Of a stretch of DNA of 64,000 nucleotides, positions 51,256 to 61,608 are shown piece by piece (position 1 is the stretch's first letter; the number at the start of each line of letters is the position of its first letter). Made by a program: the position numbers and the translations under genes. Source of the DNA: an uncultured Gammaproteobacteria bacterium (GTDB lineage Bacteria; Pseudomonadota; Gammaproteobacteria; CAWJPQ01); assembly GCA_963844825.1 (NCBI GenBank), contig CAWJPQ010000002.1, forward strand, positions 7,094-71,093, in the 5' to 3' direction. Below the pieces are notes generated by a model. That model saw only the letters and a list, made by a program, of their open reading frames with translations, did not search any database and was not told the origin of the DNA.

Positions 51256-52773
51256 TCAGTCCTCGGGCATCCGCCCGTAGAGCGTGGTCAGATGGGCCAG
51301 TTTTTGCGTTAACCCGTCGCTTAGCTGGTCCCAGCTGAAGCGCCACTCCCAGTTGCCCTGCTCCGTCCCGGGGCGGTTCATGCGGTGCTCGCTGCCGAGC
51401 ATCAGGATGTCCTGCATGGGGATCACCGCAAGCCTGGCGACCGACTGCAGCGCGCAGCGAATAAAGGGCCAGGGTACATCGTCCGTAGGCTGGTCCAGGT
51501 AGTCGCGGATGTAGTGCTTGCGCTCGGCGTTCAGACTCTCGTACCAGCCGAGGGTGGTGTCATTGTCGTGGGTCCCGGTGTACACCACGGCCATGGGCTC
51601 ATGGTTGTGGGGCAGGTAGGGATTGCGGCCGCCCGAGTCGAAGGCGAACTGCAGGATCTTCATGCCCGGCAGGCCGAAGCGGGTGCGCAGGGCCTGCACC
51701 TCGGGGGTGATCAGCCCCAGGTCCTCCGCCACCAGGGGCAGGGTGCCGAAGTGCCCGCGCAGGGCATTGAACAGCTCGCCCCCCGGCGCCTTGACCCAGT
51801 GCCCGTTGACGGCCGTCTGCTCGTCGACGGGGATCTCCCAACAGGACTCGAAACCGCGGAAGTGGTCGATGCGGATGAGATCGAACAGATCGAGCTGGGA
51901 GGTCATACGCTCCACCCACCAGCCGAAGCCGTCCGCCTCCAGGCGCGCCCAGTCATAGTGGGGGTTCCCCCAGCGCTGCCCGGTCGCGGAAAAGTAGTCG
52001 GGCGGCACACCGGCGACCACCTCCGGCCGGCCGTCATGATTGAGCTTGAAGTTCTCCCGCCGGGCCCAGACATCGGCGCTGTCATAGGCCACGAAGATGG
52101 GCATGTCCCCGAACAGCAGGATCCCCCGGTCATTGGCGTATCGCTTCAGGTTCTTCCACTGGCGGAAGAAGGCGAACTGCTCGAAGCACACCTGCTCCAG
52201 GAAATCGGCCTCGGCCCGGCGGACCTGGGCGATGGCCTTCGGCTGGCGGTCCCGCAGGGGCACTTCCCACTGGTCCCACGCGGCACTGTCGTTGCGCCGC
52301 CGGATGGCGCGGTACACGGCATAGTCGTCGAGCCAATGGGCGTGGGTGCGCTTGAAATCATCCAGCGCCTCCCTGTCATCCTGCGGGGCGCGCTGGGCGA
52401 ACCCCCGGTGGGCCAGCTCGATCAGGCGGTGTCGGTCGATACCTTCCCCTGCGCCAGGGCCCGCCAACCCCGCCAGCTCTTCGTCGGTCAGCCACCCGGC
52501 GCCCACCAGCATCTCCGGGCTGATCAGATCGGGATTGCCGGCATGGACCGACAGGCACTGGTAAGGCGAGCGGTCGGCGTGTGGCGGGCCCAGGGGCAGG
52601 GCCTGCCACACCGTCTGGCGGGCGGCGGCCAGAAACTCCACGAAGCGGTAGGCCTCGGGGCCCAGGTCCCCCTGGCCCCAGGGGCCGGGCAGGGAGGTGG
52701 GGTGCAGCAACACCCCGCAGCGGCGCTGATCGAACGGGTTGACGGGCACGCTCAGGATATCCTTCGTGGTCAA
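51256..52773 (-). CDS. malQ: 4-alpha-glucanotransferase
   Basis: CGVLLHPTSLPG...IRIDHFRGF...VYTGTHDNDT. Confidence 0.9.
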   Translation of the reverse strand: MTTKDILSVPVNPFDQRRCGVLLHPTSLPGPWGQGDLGPEAYRFVEFLAAARQTVWQALPLGPPHADRSPYQCLSVHAGNPDLISPEMLVGAGWLTDEELAGLAGPGAGEGIDRHRLIELAHRGFAQRAPQDDREALDDFKRTHAHWLDDYAVYRAIRRRNDSAAWDQWEVPLRDRQPKAIAQVRRAEADFLEQVCFEQFAFFRQWKNLKRYANDRGILLFGDMPIFVAYDSADVWARRENFKLNHDGRPEVVAGVPPDYFSATGQRWGNPHYDWARLEADGFGWWVERMTSQLDLFDLIRIDHFRGFESCWEIPVDEQTAVNGHWVKAPGGELFNALRGHFGTLPLVAEDLGLITPEVQALRTRFGLPGMKILQFAFDSGGRNPYLPHNHEPMAVVYTGTHDNDTTLGWYESLNAERKHYIRDYLDQPTDDVPWPFIRCALQSVARLAVIPMQDILMLGSEHRMNRPGTEQGNWEWRFSWDQLSDGLTQKLAHLTTLYGRMPED

Positions 52774-54065
52774 CGAACGCTGAAGCGTCGTTCGCCGAGC
52801 ATCTCCGGGATGACCAACACAACCCCCCTGGGCGTGACGTAATACTTCTTGGCGTCCTCTTCCGGGTCCTCGCCGATGACGGTCCCCTCGGGGACCCGGC
52901 AGCCGCGCTCCAGAATAACCTTGGTCAGGCGGCAGTTCTCGCCGACCTCCACGTCGGGCATGACCACGCAGTCCTTGAGGTACGCCCTGGAGCGGACGTG
53001 GACATTGGAGAACAGCAGTGAGTGAAAGACCTGCCCGCCGGCGATGATACAGCCCCCCGAGACCATCGAGTCCACCGCCATGCCGCGCCTGTCATCGTCG
53101 TCGAACACAAACTTTGCGGGGGGGAGCTGGGGTTGGTAGGTCCATATGGGCCAGTCCTGGTCATAGAGATTGAGGTCGGGCGTGACCCCGATGAGCTCCA
53201 GGTTCGCCTCCCAGAAGGCGTCCACCGTCCCCACGTCCCGCCAGTAAGCCGTAGCCCCGGTGGCGTCGCGGAACGGATAGGCGATCACCCGGTATTTGTC
53301 GATGATGGAGGGGATGATGTCCTTGCCGAAATCATGGGACGAAGACGGGATGTCGGCGTCCTTTCTCAGCTGTTCGTAGAGGAAACGCGCGTTGACAATA
53401 TAGATGCCCATGGAGACCAGCGCCTTGTCCCGGGACCCCGGCATGGGGTGCGGCTGATCAGGCTTCTCGTCGAACCTGACCACCCGCTGGTCCTCGTCCA
53501 CCGTCATGACGCCGAACTCCCGCGCCCGGTCCAGGGGGGCCTCGAAACAGCCCACCGTCAGGTCCGCCCGCTTTGCCACGTGATAGGCGATCATCGGGCC
53601 GTAGTCCATCTTGTAGATATGATCCGCCGCCAGGATCAGTACGTACTCGGGGTCATGGGCGTAAATGATATCCAGGTTTTGAAACACCGCATCCGCCGTA
53701 CCGGCGTACCAGGAGGTCTCGATCCGCTGCTGGGCGGGGACGATCTCCACGTATTCGCCAAGCTCGCCGCGCAGGAAGCTCCAGCCCTGCTGAATATGGC
53801 GGATCAGCGAGTGGGCCTTGTACTGGGTCAACACGGCGATGCGGCGTATCCCCGAGTTGACGCAGTTCGACAGGGGAAAGTCAATGATGCGGAACTTGCC
53901 CGCGAAGTGCACGGCCGGCTTGGCGCGCCACAGCGTCAGGTGCTTGAGTCTGGACCCCCGCCCCCCGGCCAGGATCAAAGCCAGCGTATTCTGCGTGAGG
54001 CGGCTGACAAACCGCTCTGTCCGTCCCGCCTTCTTCAGGCCCTCGTTTGGCTCGCTTGCGTCCAT
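52770..54065 (-). CDS. glgC: glucose-1-phosphate adenylyltransferase
   Basis: ALILAGGRGSRLKHLTLWRAKPAVHFAGKFRIIDFPLSNCVNSG. Confidence 0.95.
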   Translation of the reverse strand: MDASEPNEGLKKAGRTERFVSRLTQNTLALILAGGRGSRLKHLTLWRAKPAVHFAGKFRIIDFPLSNCVNSGIRRIAVLTQYKAHSLIRHIQQGWSFLRGELGEYVEIVPAQQRIETSWYAGTADAVFQNLDIIYAHDPEYVLILAADHIYKMDYGPMIAYHVAKRADLTVGCFEAPLDRAREFGVMTVDEDQRVVRFDEKPDQPHPMPGSRDKALVSMGIYIVNARFLYEQLRKDADIPSSSHDFGKDIIPSIIDKYRVIAYPFRDATGATAYWRDVGTVDAFWEANLELIGVTPDLNLYDQDWPIWTYQPQLPPAKFVFDDDDRRGMAVDSMVSGGCIIAGGQVFHSLLFSNVHVRSRAYLKDCVVMPDVEVGENCRLTKVILERGCRVPEGTVIGEDPEEDAKKYYVTPRGVVLVIPEMLGERRFSVR

Positions 54066-54228
54066 AGTCCCTGCCCTTGCATCAACGCTTGATTAAATTG
54101 CCATTAATTGGGGCTACCCCTGGAAATTTAGTATCCTATCATTAAAATAGTTTGAAAACCCGTCACCCATTCATTACCCGCACCTGCCCGGCGTCCGCCG
54201 GAAAATAGAGTTGAGTCTGGATTTGCAC

Positions 54229-56422
54229 ATGGAAGGAAAACGTCTGAATACACCCGATACCGCCCTCGAACCGGAGCTGCAAAGGATACTGCATGCCCAA
54301 CACCATAACCCTTTTGCGGTCCTGGGTAAACACCAGCAGGAGGGCAACGAGCTGGTGCGCGCCTACCTCCCGGGCGCCCGGGAGGCGACCATTGTGGAGT
54401 GCAATCAAGCGCTGCAGCGCATCGTCGGGACGGACCTGTTCGAGTGGCGGGGCCGCCCGGGCACCGTCCCCGATCCGTACCGCCTGGCATGGACCGACCA
54501 ATGGGGCAATGCCCACATCAGCTACGACCCCTACTGCTTCGCGCCGCAGCTGTCCGACTACGATATTTATCTGTTCGGCGAGGGCCATCACTGGCATGCC
54601 TATCGCTTTCTCGGCAGTCACGTGCGCGACGTATCGGGCATACACGGCGTGCTGTTCGCCACCTGGGCGCCCAACGCCGAGCGGGTCAGTGTCGTGGGCG
54701 ATTTCAACAACTGGGACGGCCGCCGCCACCCCATGCGGTCCCTGGGGGGCAGCGGCTTGTGGGAGCTGTTCATCCCCGGCCTGGCGGAAGGGACCCTGTA
54801 CAAATTCGAGATCCGCAACCGCCATGACGGCAGCCTGCACCTGAAGAGCGATCCTTACGCCCGGCACTCCGAGATGCGCCCGAGCACCGCCTCGAAGGTG
54901 CGCGACGAGTCGCCCTACGCCTGGAGTGACGAGCAGTGGCTCAGCCAGCGCGCCGGCGAGGACTGGCTGCGCCGCCCCCTGTCCATCTACGAGGTACACC
55001 TGGGCTCGTGGCAGCGCAGCGAAGGCGGTGACTTCCTGAACTACCGGGACCTGGCCCACCGCCTGGCACCCTATGTCGAGCAGCTGGGCTTCAACTATAT
55101 CGAGCTGCTTCCCATCATGGAGCATCCCTTCGACGGCTCCTGGGGCTATCAGACCACGGGGTATTACGCCCCGACCAGCCGCTTCGGCGACCCCGACGAC
55201 TTCCGCTACTTCGTCGATTACTGTCACCGCCACGGCATCGGCGTGCTGCTCGACTGGACGCCGGGCCACTTCCCTAAGGACCAGCACGGGCTGGCCCGTT
55301 ACGACGGCAGCGCCCTTTACGAGCACGAGGACCCGCGCCGCGGCGAGCAGCGCGACTGGGGCACGCTGATCTTCAATTACGGGCGCAACGAGGTCAAAAA
55401 CTACTTGCTGTCAAATGCCCTGTATTGGCTCGAGGAGTTCCATGTGGACGGACTGCGGGTCGATGCGGTGGCCTCCATGCTCTATCTGGATTACTCGCGG
55501 CGCGCGGGGGACTGGCTGCCCAACATGTACGGCGGCAACGAGAACCTGGAGGCGATCACGCTTCCTGCGCGAGCTCAATCAGATCACCCACAGCCAGCAC
55601 CCGGGCACCTACATCATCGCCGAGGAATCCACCTCCTGGCCCATGGTCTCGCGGCCCACCTGGGTCGGCGGACTGGGGTTCAGCATGAAGTGGAACATGG
55701 GCTGGATGCATGACACCCTGGAGTACATCACGCTGGACCCCATTTACCGTCACTACCATCACGACCAGCTGACATTCAGCATGGTGTACGCATTCAACGA
55801 GAATTTCGTGCTGCCCTTCTCTCATGATGAAGTGGTCCACGGCAAGCGCTCCATGCTGAGCAAGATGCCGGGCGACGAGTGGCAGCGCTTCGCCAACCTG
55901 CGCCTGCTCTATACATACATGTTCACCCATCCGGGCAAGAAGCTGCTGTTCATGGGCAACGAGTTCGGGCAATACACCGAGTGGAACGAGGCCAAGGCGC
56001 TGGACTGGAACCTGCTCGATTATCCCCTGCACCGGGGCATGCAGGCCCTGGTGGCGGACGTGAACCGCCTCTACCGTGACAACCCGGCGCTCTTCTATCA
56101 CGACTTCGAGCCCCAGGGGTTCGAGTGGATCGACTGCCACGACTCCACCCAGTCCACCCTGAGCTTTGCCAGGCGCTATCAAGACCAATGCCTGGTGGTC
56201 GTGCTCAATTTCACGCCCGTGGTGCGGTCGAACTACCGCATCGGGGTCCCCCTGGCCGGCGACTACGAGGAGATCCTGAATTCGGACTCCGTCTATTACG
56301 GGGGCAGCAACGTGGGTAACAGCGGCCACCTGCAGACCACGCCGGAGCCGTGGATGAACCGGCCCCAGTCCCTGACCATCACCCTGCCGCCCCTGGCCGC
56401 CGTGGTCCTGCGCACCGCCTAG
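54229..56422 (+). pseudogene. glgB: 1,4-alpha-glucan branching enzyme, single frameshift near 55558
   Basis: ...YEVHLGSW...[14 protein letters not shown]...[20 protein letters not shown]...GGNENLEAI, then the frame changes to (R)[27 protein letters not shown]...[10 protein letters not shown]. Deleting the A at ~55558 restores it. Confidence 0.9.
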
Positions 56423-56552
56423 GGAACCTCTGCACAGGTCGATCAAGGGGATGATCACAAGGCGCAAAGGGGCGAGGCAGCGCAGTTTACAAGGAGTAAA
56501 GTGAGCATTCCCAACTCCATGCAGCCGTGAGCGGCGCTGCAGATTGCCTAGG
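56421..56552. mobile_element. MITE-like element, copy 2 (left TIR intact, right end diverged)
   Basis: The first ~95 nt are ~90% identical to 32494..32590. It again begins within the TAG stop (56420..56422) of the upstream gene. The right end CTGCAGATTGCCTAGG only partly matches the TIR. Confidence 0.5.
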
Positions 56553-56617
56553 CAAAAAGGCCCGCCCATCCGTGCCGGGGCAACCCCGTCACCTCGCGAC
56601 GCCCCTGCCTTCAGCCG

Positions 56618-57316
56618 TTACAGTAGCCCCAATACCACCGCCACGAGCACCGGCCAGATCCACTGCCCCAGGGGCGGGTGAGGATCCGGGGGCAGTTCGA
56701 TGGCATTGCACGGCGCGCGCTGCGCCTCGGCCTGGGCCAGCGCCACGAGCCTGGCCGCCGCCGCGCCGATGCGTTTGACCGGGTGCGTCTTTTCCCCCTC
56801 GCGGCGCGGCAGCGCCTCCTGCACCATGGGCTGGATCCGGGGCACTGTCTCCAGCACCAGGGCGATGCGCAGGGCGAGCTTGTCGTGAAAGCGTCCGCCC
56901 AGGGAAAAGGGCCGCACGATCCAGCGGATCCCGGCAATCAACTCGCTGCGGGAGGTGGTCTGCAACAGCAGGGTGACGCCCAGGACGAACAGGGCCAGGG
57001 CGGCGGCGCGGACCAGCCCCATTCGGGCACCCTCCGCGGTGGGCAGCCATGGCGCGACCGCCCCCGCGGCCCCGGGCCACAGGGGGTGGCCGGGGGTAAA
57101 CCAGAAGTAGATGATCACAATGGACAGAAAAAACCAGCGCATGCGCCGCAGGGTGGCGAGGGCGGGGAGCAGGTGAGCCCGCTCCAGGGCCGCATACAGG
57201 ACCATCATCATCAGGCCGGCGGCCGCCAGGTCGGCGGGCCGCCCCAGGGACAGATAGGTCCCCAGGACCAGGAACGTGATGATGCGAATTACGGGATGGA
57301 GGTCAAACAGTGGCAC
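56618..57316 (-). CDS. polytopic membrane protein, EcfT/CbiQ-like (tentative)
   Basis: 232 aa with about 5-6 hydrophobic segments. ELIAGIRWIVRPFSLGGRFHDKLALRIALVLETVPRIQPMVQEA resembles the EcfT coupling-helix region. No ECF ATPase or S component lies nearby. Confidence 0.4.
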   Translation of the reverse strand: MPLFDLHPVIRIITFLVLGTYLSLGRPADLAAAGLMMMVLYAALERAHLLPALATLRRMRWFFLSIVIIYFWFTPGHPLWPGAAGAVAPWLPTAEGARMGLVRAAALALFVLGVTLLLQTTSRSELIAGIRWIVRPFSLGGRFHDKLALRIALVLETVPRIQPMVQEALPRREGEKTHPVKRIGAAAARLVALAQAEAQRAPCNAIELPPDPHPPLGQWIWPVLVAVVLGLL

Positions 57317-57400
57317 AACCCCGGGCAGTCAACAGGCGGCCGTCAGGGATCGGTCCGCTGACGGCCGCGGCGGAGTCACATCCGCCGCGCGATCCCGTGA

Positions 57401-60307
57401 TTATACCTGAAGCTGTTGCAGAAGGCCCTGGGCCTCTTGCTTTTGATCTTCGTTCCCCAGGTCCACCACCTCCTGGAGAATCTCCTTGGCGCCTTCCTGA
57501 TCACCCATCTCCATGAAGGCCTTGGCCAGGTCCAGCTTGGTCCCGACGTCCTGGTGGCCGGCCTCCGCGTCGGCGTCATCATCGCCGGCGTCCACGCTCT
57601 CCAACTCCTCGAAGAAATTATCGAAGTCCTGGTCGCGGCCGGCGATCTTGTCGAAATCGATATCGAAATCCAGCTCGTGAGCCGGTGTCTCTTTGGCCTG
57701 CGGGGCTTGTGCCGCGCCGGCGTGCTCTTCCGGCACCGGCGCTCCGCCCTGGGGCTCCATCAGCGGCGGGGTATCGCCGTCGTCGACCGTGGCCTCAAGA
57801 CCGGTCCCGCTCAGGGTGGGACCGTCCCCGGCCCCCTTGTCCCCGGCGTCCAGCGCGGGGATGCTGTCTTGCGCCGCCAGGGCATCCTCTGCCAGCGGGT
57901 CCGCCCCGGGCAGTCCGGCGACGGGCTCGGACGGGGGGTCCTGTTCCGTCACACCCTCACCCAGGGGCATCTCAAAATCGATCTCATTGCCCTGCGGCGA
58001 GCCTGCCTCCACGGCGGCCTCAATGGAGTCGTCCGGCGCCGCCGCGCGGGGCTGGCCCAGGCCGGACTCGAATTCAATGCTGTTGTCCTTGTCGGCGGAC
58101 GGCTGCTCCGCCCCCGCGCCGGGCGAGTCCGCGGCAAGGCCCGCCTCGAGCCCGGTCGGCGCTTCCAGGGGGGGCACCTCGCCGGTCTCCTGCGTCCCGT
58201 CCGTGACAGGCGCATCGCCCAGGGTCATGGTCTGCTCCACGCCGTTGCCCGGCAGGGGACGCTGCTCGTCGGCCACCGGGTCGGCGGCTACGGGGTCAAC
58301 GACCGGCGGCATGGCAGCCTCGTGTGTGTCACCCGCCGCCGCGCCATGGTCGGCAACGGCCTGACCGCCGGCGTCTTCCATGAACAAAGGATGATCGGGC
58401 TGAATTTCCCGGCCCATCTCCACCATCTTGCTCCAGATGGGACTCGCTTCGCCGCCCAGCTCGTTATGCAGATTCTGCGCCTCGGCGACAAAGGCCGGGG
58501 CGTTGCCGGCGGCGGCAAAGACCTCCGCCAGCTTGAGCTGCAGCTCATGGCGATGGGGCTCCTGCTGGATGGCACCCCTGAGCAGATCCTCCGCCTGCTG
58601 ATACCGGCGATAGGCCATATAGACATCGGCCTCGGCCAGGGGGTCGATCTCGTTGATCTCCGCCTCCAGCAAGTCGCCCCCGGTGGGCATATACTGCTGG
58701 TTCCCCTCCGCTTCGGGGGCCTCGGCGGCGGCATCGTCCACGCCGGCCTCCTCGGGAGAGACCGATTCGGCTTTCATGCGCCGGCGGCGCACGCTGAGCC
58801 AGCTCAGGGCCGACAGCAGCAGGACCACGACCCCGCCCATGCCCAGGACCTTGGGGTCGGCGAGCAAGCCGCTGTCGCTGTGGACGTGGGCCGGCGGGGT
58901 CGCCGCCTTTTTATGGGGAGCGGGTGCCGGGGGGGTAGCGGCCTTCGGCTTTGGCTGCGCGGCCTGGTTGACCTGAGGTTTGGCCCCGGCCTCGGATGCC
59001 GCGGACGGCTTGGGCGTCACTTGCGCCGCGGCGGGCCCGCCCTGCAGGGTGCCGAGCTTTTGCTGCAGGGTGGACAGGGTGTCATCCTTCAGGGACAACA
59101 GACGCTGCATGGAGGTGACCTGCTGATTGAGCTCGTCCACCTGACTGCGCAGGTCGTTGATCTGCTTCTCTTGAGTCTGTTGCAGGGAATTCAGTTGCTG
59201 CTTCAGGGCGCCGGTGCCTGCGGCGGCCTGGCCCTGCTCCGTGGCGGAGACGGTCGCCGCGCCGCCGGCGCCGGCCTTGTCGGCGCTGGGCGGCAACAGG
59301 GTCAGCCGGGCCTCGTCGGCCGCGCTCTTGGCCTGGTCTGCGCTTGCGGCACCCGGCTTGGCGGCGGCCTTGGAGGCCGGCGCCTGGTCACCCTGGGCGC
59401 CCTTCCCGGGGCCTCCTTGCTTGGTGCCCGCAGGGCTGGCGTCCGTGGCGTCCGCCAGCAGACTACCTTGCTTGATCTGCTGCCACTGATGGTATTGGAG
59501 CTGCACCTCGTGGATGGCGGAGGCCTCGCCTACCTGGTTGATCAGCTCCTTGTTCGGCAGGCGCAGGACATACCCGGCCTTGAGCGTGTTGACGTTGCCC
59601 TTGTAAAAGGCCTCGGGATTTTTCTTGACCAGGGCCAGCATGACTTGCTGCACCGAGACCGAGTCGTCGGGGCGGACGGTCTTGGCGATGGACCACAGGG
59701 TGTCGTCACGCTGGGTGCGCCCGTAGAAATCCTTGGTCAGCTTGGCGCCCGGGGAGGGGGAGACCGCGCCGGACTGGGCCGCGCCGCGGGCCGTGGACGG
59801 CACCGTGGCACCGCTCTGGGGCTGTGCGGCGGTCTGGGCGGCAGCGCTCTGCCCCTGGGCCGCCGCCGTGGTGGCCGCCTCAACCGGCGGCGCATGCTCG
59901 GCCGTGGTGGTCGGGGGATCCAGCAGTACCGTGTACTCACGGGAGATGCGCCCGTTGGACCAGGTGAACTGGAGGATGAAATCCAGGAACGGCTCCTTGA
60001 TGGGCTCGTCCGAGCTGAGCTTGATCCGGGGCTTGCCGTCCTTGCCCTTGACCAGCTGGAACTTGATATGGTCGAGGACGGGGAGGCGCTCGATACCCGC
60101 CTGCTCAAAGGCCGCTTGTGGGGCGAGCTTGACACGCACCTGGTCCAGCGATGCCGTGTTGCCGGGAAGCACTGTGATCTCGGCACTCAGCGGCTGATTG
60201 AGATAGGAGTTGAGCTTGATATCCCCCAGCCCCAGGGCCCCTGCCCGGAAGGGGGCGACCAACGCCAACAGACTCAGGGCTATAAGCCGTTTCAGTATAC
60301 TTCTCAT
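57401..60307 (-). CDS. fimV: FimV/HubP-family polar organiser (signal peptide, LysM, TM, acidic region, C-terminal FimV motif)
   Basis: N-terminus LGLGDIKLNSYLNQPLSAEI...REYTVLLDPP. LysM-like DTLWSIAKTV...VMLALVKKNPEAF. TM segment GGVVVLLLSALSWLSV. C-terminus TKLDLAKAFMEMGDQEGAKEILQEVV. Lies downstream of asd as in other gammaproteobacteria. Confidence 0.85.
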   Translation of the reverse strand: MRSILKRLIALSLLALVAPFRAGALGLGDIKLNSYLNQPLSAEITVLPGNTASLDQVRVKLAPQAAFEQAGIERLPVLDHIKFQLVKGKDGKPRIKLSSDEPIKEPFLDFILQFTWSNGRISREYTVLLDPPTTTAEHAPPVEAATTAAAQGQSAAAQTAAQPQSGATVPSTARGAAQSGAVSPSPGAKLTKDFYGRTQRDDTLWSIAKTVRPDDSVSVQQVMLALVKKNPEAFYKGNVNTLKAGYVLRLPNKELINQVGEASAIHEVQLQYHQWQQIKQGSLLADATDASPAGTKQGGPGKGAQGDQAPASKAAAKPGAASADQAKSAADEARLTLLPPSADKAGAGGAATVSATEQGQAAAGTGALKQQLNSLQQTQEKQINDLRSQVDELNQQVTSMQRLLSLKDDTLSTLQQKLGTLQGGPAAAQVTPKPSAASEAGAKPQVNQAAQPKPKAATPPAPAPHKKAATPPAHVHSDSGLLADPKVLGMGGVVVLLLSALSWLSVRRRRMKAESVSPEEAGVDDAAAEAPEAEGNQQYMPTGGDLLEAEINEIDPLAEADVYMAYRRYQQAEDLLRGAIQQEPHRHELQLKLAEVFAAAGNAPAFVAEAQNLHNELGGEASPIWSKMVEMGREIQPDHPLFMEDAGGQAVADHGAAAGDTHEAAMPPVVDPVAADPVADEQRPLPGNGVEQTMTLGDAPVTDGTQETGEVPPLEAPTGLEAGLAADSPGAGAEQPSADKDNSIEFESGLGQPRAAAPDDSIEAAVEAGSPQGNEIDFEMPLGEGVTEQDPPSEPVAGLPGADPLAEDALAAQDSIPALDAGDKGAGDGPTLSGTGLEATVDDGDTPPLMEPQGGAPVPEEHAGAAQAPQAKETPAHELDFDIDFDKIAGRDQDFDNFFEELESVDAGDDDADAEAGHQDVGTKLDLAKAFMEMGDQEGAKEILQEVVDLGNEDQKQEAQGLLQQLQV

Positions 60308-60462
60308 TGTCTTCCCTTAACCTCGTCTTCCGCCGCCCGCCACCGTCGGGCTGAACGGAAAGATTGCGAATTTGCGCCAATCAGGGCCATCAGATCTCTC
60401 TGCCAACTTTACTGCCGGTATCCGCGTCCACCCGGCCGGCGCTCATGCACCGTTACCAACAT

Positions 60463-61488
60463 TCACTGCAGATAATCCCTGGCAAGGATCTCGGCGATCT
60501 GAATGCTGTTCAGGGCCGCGCCTTTGCGAACATTATCGGCGACCACCCATAGATCTAAACCCCGGGGATGGGAAATATCCTCCCTGATGCGGCCGACGAA
60601 CACCCCGTCGTGATGGGCCGAATCCGTCGCCGCGGTGGGGTAGCCACCCGGTTCGCGGTTGTCCATCACCACTACCCCTGGAGCATTTTTAAGCAATTGT
60701 CGTGCCTGATCCGCCGTGAGCTTGTCCCGGGTCTCGATATGCAGGGCCTCGGAGTGGCCGTAGAACACCGGAATCCGCACCGCCGTGGGGTTGACCAGGA
60801 TCGAGGGGTCCTCGAGGATCTTTTGGGTTTCCCACACCATCTTCATTTCTTCCTTGGTATAGCCGTTGTCCTGAAAGTCATCGATGTGAGGCAGGGCGTT
60901 GAAGGCGATCTGCTTGGGATAGACCTCGCAGGTGATGGGCCTGCCGCTGAGCAGGGCCGCGGACTGGCGGGCCAGCTCCTCCATGGCGGACTTGCCCGTC
61001 CCCGACACCGCCTGGTAGGTACACACGTTGATGCGCTCGATCCCCACCGCCTCGTGAATCGGCTTGAGGGCGACCATCATCTGGATGGTGGAACAGTTCG
61101 GGTTGGCAATGATTTGCCGCCGGGTGTACCCGGCAATGGCATGGGGATTGACCTCCGGCACCACCAGGGGGATCTCCGGGTCGTAGCGGAACTGGGAGGT
61201 GTTGTCGACGACCACGCAGCCGGCCGCGGCGGCCTGGGGGGCATACTGGGCGGACACGCTCGCACCCGCCGAAAACAGGCCTATCTGCACCCGGGAAAAA
61301 TCAAACTCGGCGGCATTGCCCACGGACAACCGCTCGCCGTTGAACGTCACCGTGCCGCCCGCCGAGCGCTCGCTGGCCAGCGGGTACAAGCTGCGCAGGG
61401 GGAACTTGCGCTCCTCCAGGATTGATAACATCGCCTCACCTACCGCCCCGGTGGCCCCGAGTACGGCCACATCGTATTGTCTGCTCAT
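60463..61488 (-). CDS. asd: aspartate-semialdehyde dehydrogenase
   Basis: VAVLGATGAVGEAML...NPNCSTIQMMVALKP... Confidence 0.95.
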   Translation of the reverse strand: MSRQYDVAVLGATGAVGEAMLSILEERKFPLRSLYPLASERSAGGTVTFNGERLSVGNAAEFDFSRVQIGLFSAGASVSAQYAPQAAAAGCVVVDNTSQFRYDPEIPLVVPEVNPHAIAGYTRRQIIANPNCSTIQMMVALKPIHEAVGIERINVCTYQAVSGTGKSAMEELARQSAALLSGRPITCEVYPKQIAFNALPHIDDFQDNGYTKEEMKMVWETQKILEDPSILVNPTAVRIPVFYGHSEALHIETRDKLTADQARQLLKNAPGVVVMDNREPGGYPTAATDSAHHDGVFVGRIREDISHPRGLDLWVVADNVRKGAALNSIQIAEILARDYLQ

Positions 61489-61608
61489 GGTCCCGATCCG
61501 CTAAATTAAATGAGTTGAACCAGTGGTTTCCGTGAACGAAGTCGCACTTGCCGGATTACCGGGCAAGCAGACCCGAAGACCAGCGCCCCGCCGGTGGCCG
61601 GACAGGCG

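Noticed and set aside
58700-59500. Repetitive Ala/Pro/Gln/Gly-rich DNA inside fimV as an independent repeat element or separate gene
   Set aside because: It is in frame within the continuous 968-aa FimV ORF and corresponds to the usual low-complexity linker and coiled-coil of FimV/HubP proteins.
57416-60475. 1019-aa plus-strand ORF
   Set aside because: It is antisense to fimV. The product is low-complexity and R/G/L-rich, and it also overlaps the 3' end of asd. Same artefact class. The same reasoning applies to 19564..21207, 21217..22629, 26239..27786, 36752..38494, 38022..39815, 48711..50171, 50232..51212, 51385..52842 and 54163..55326.
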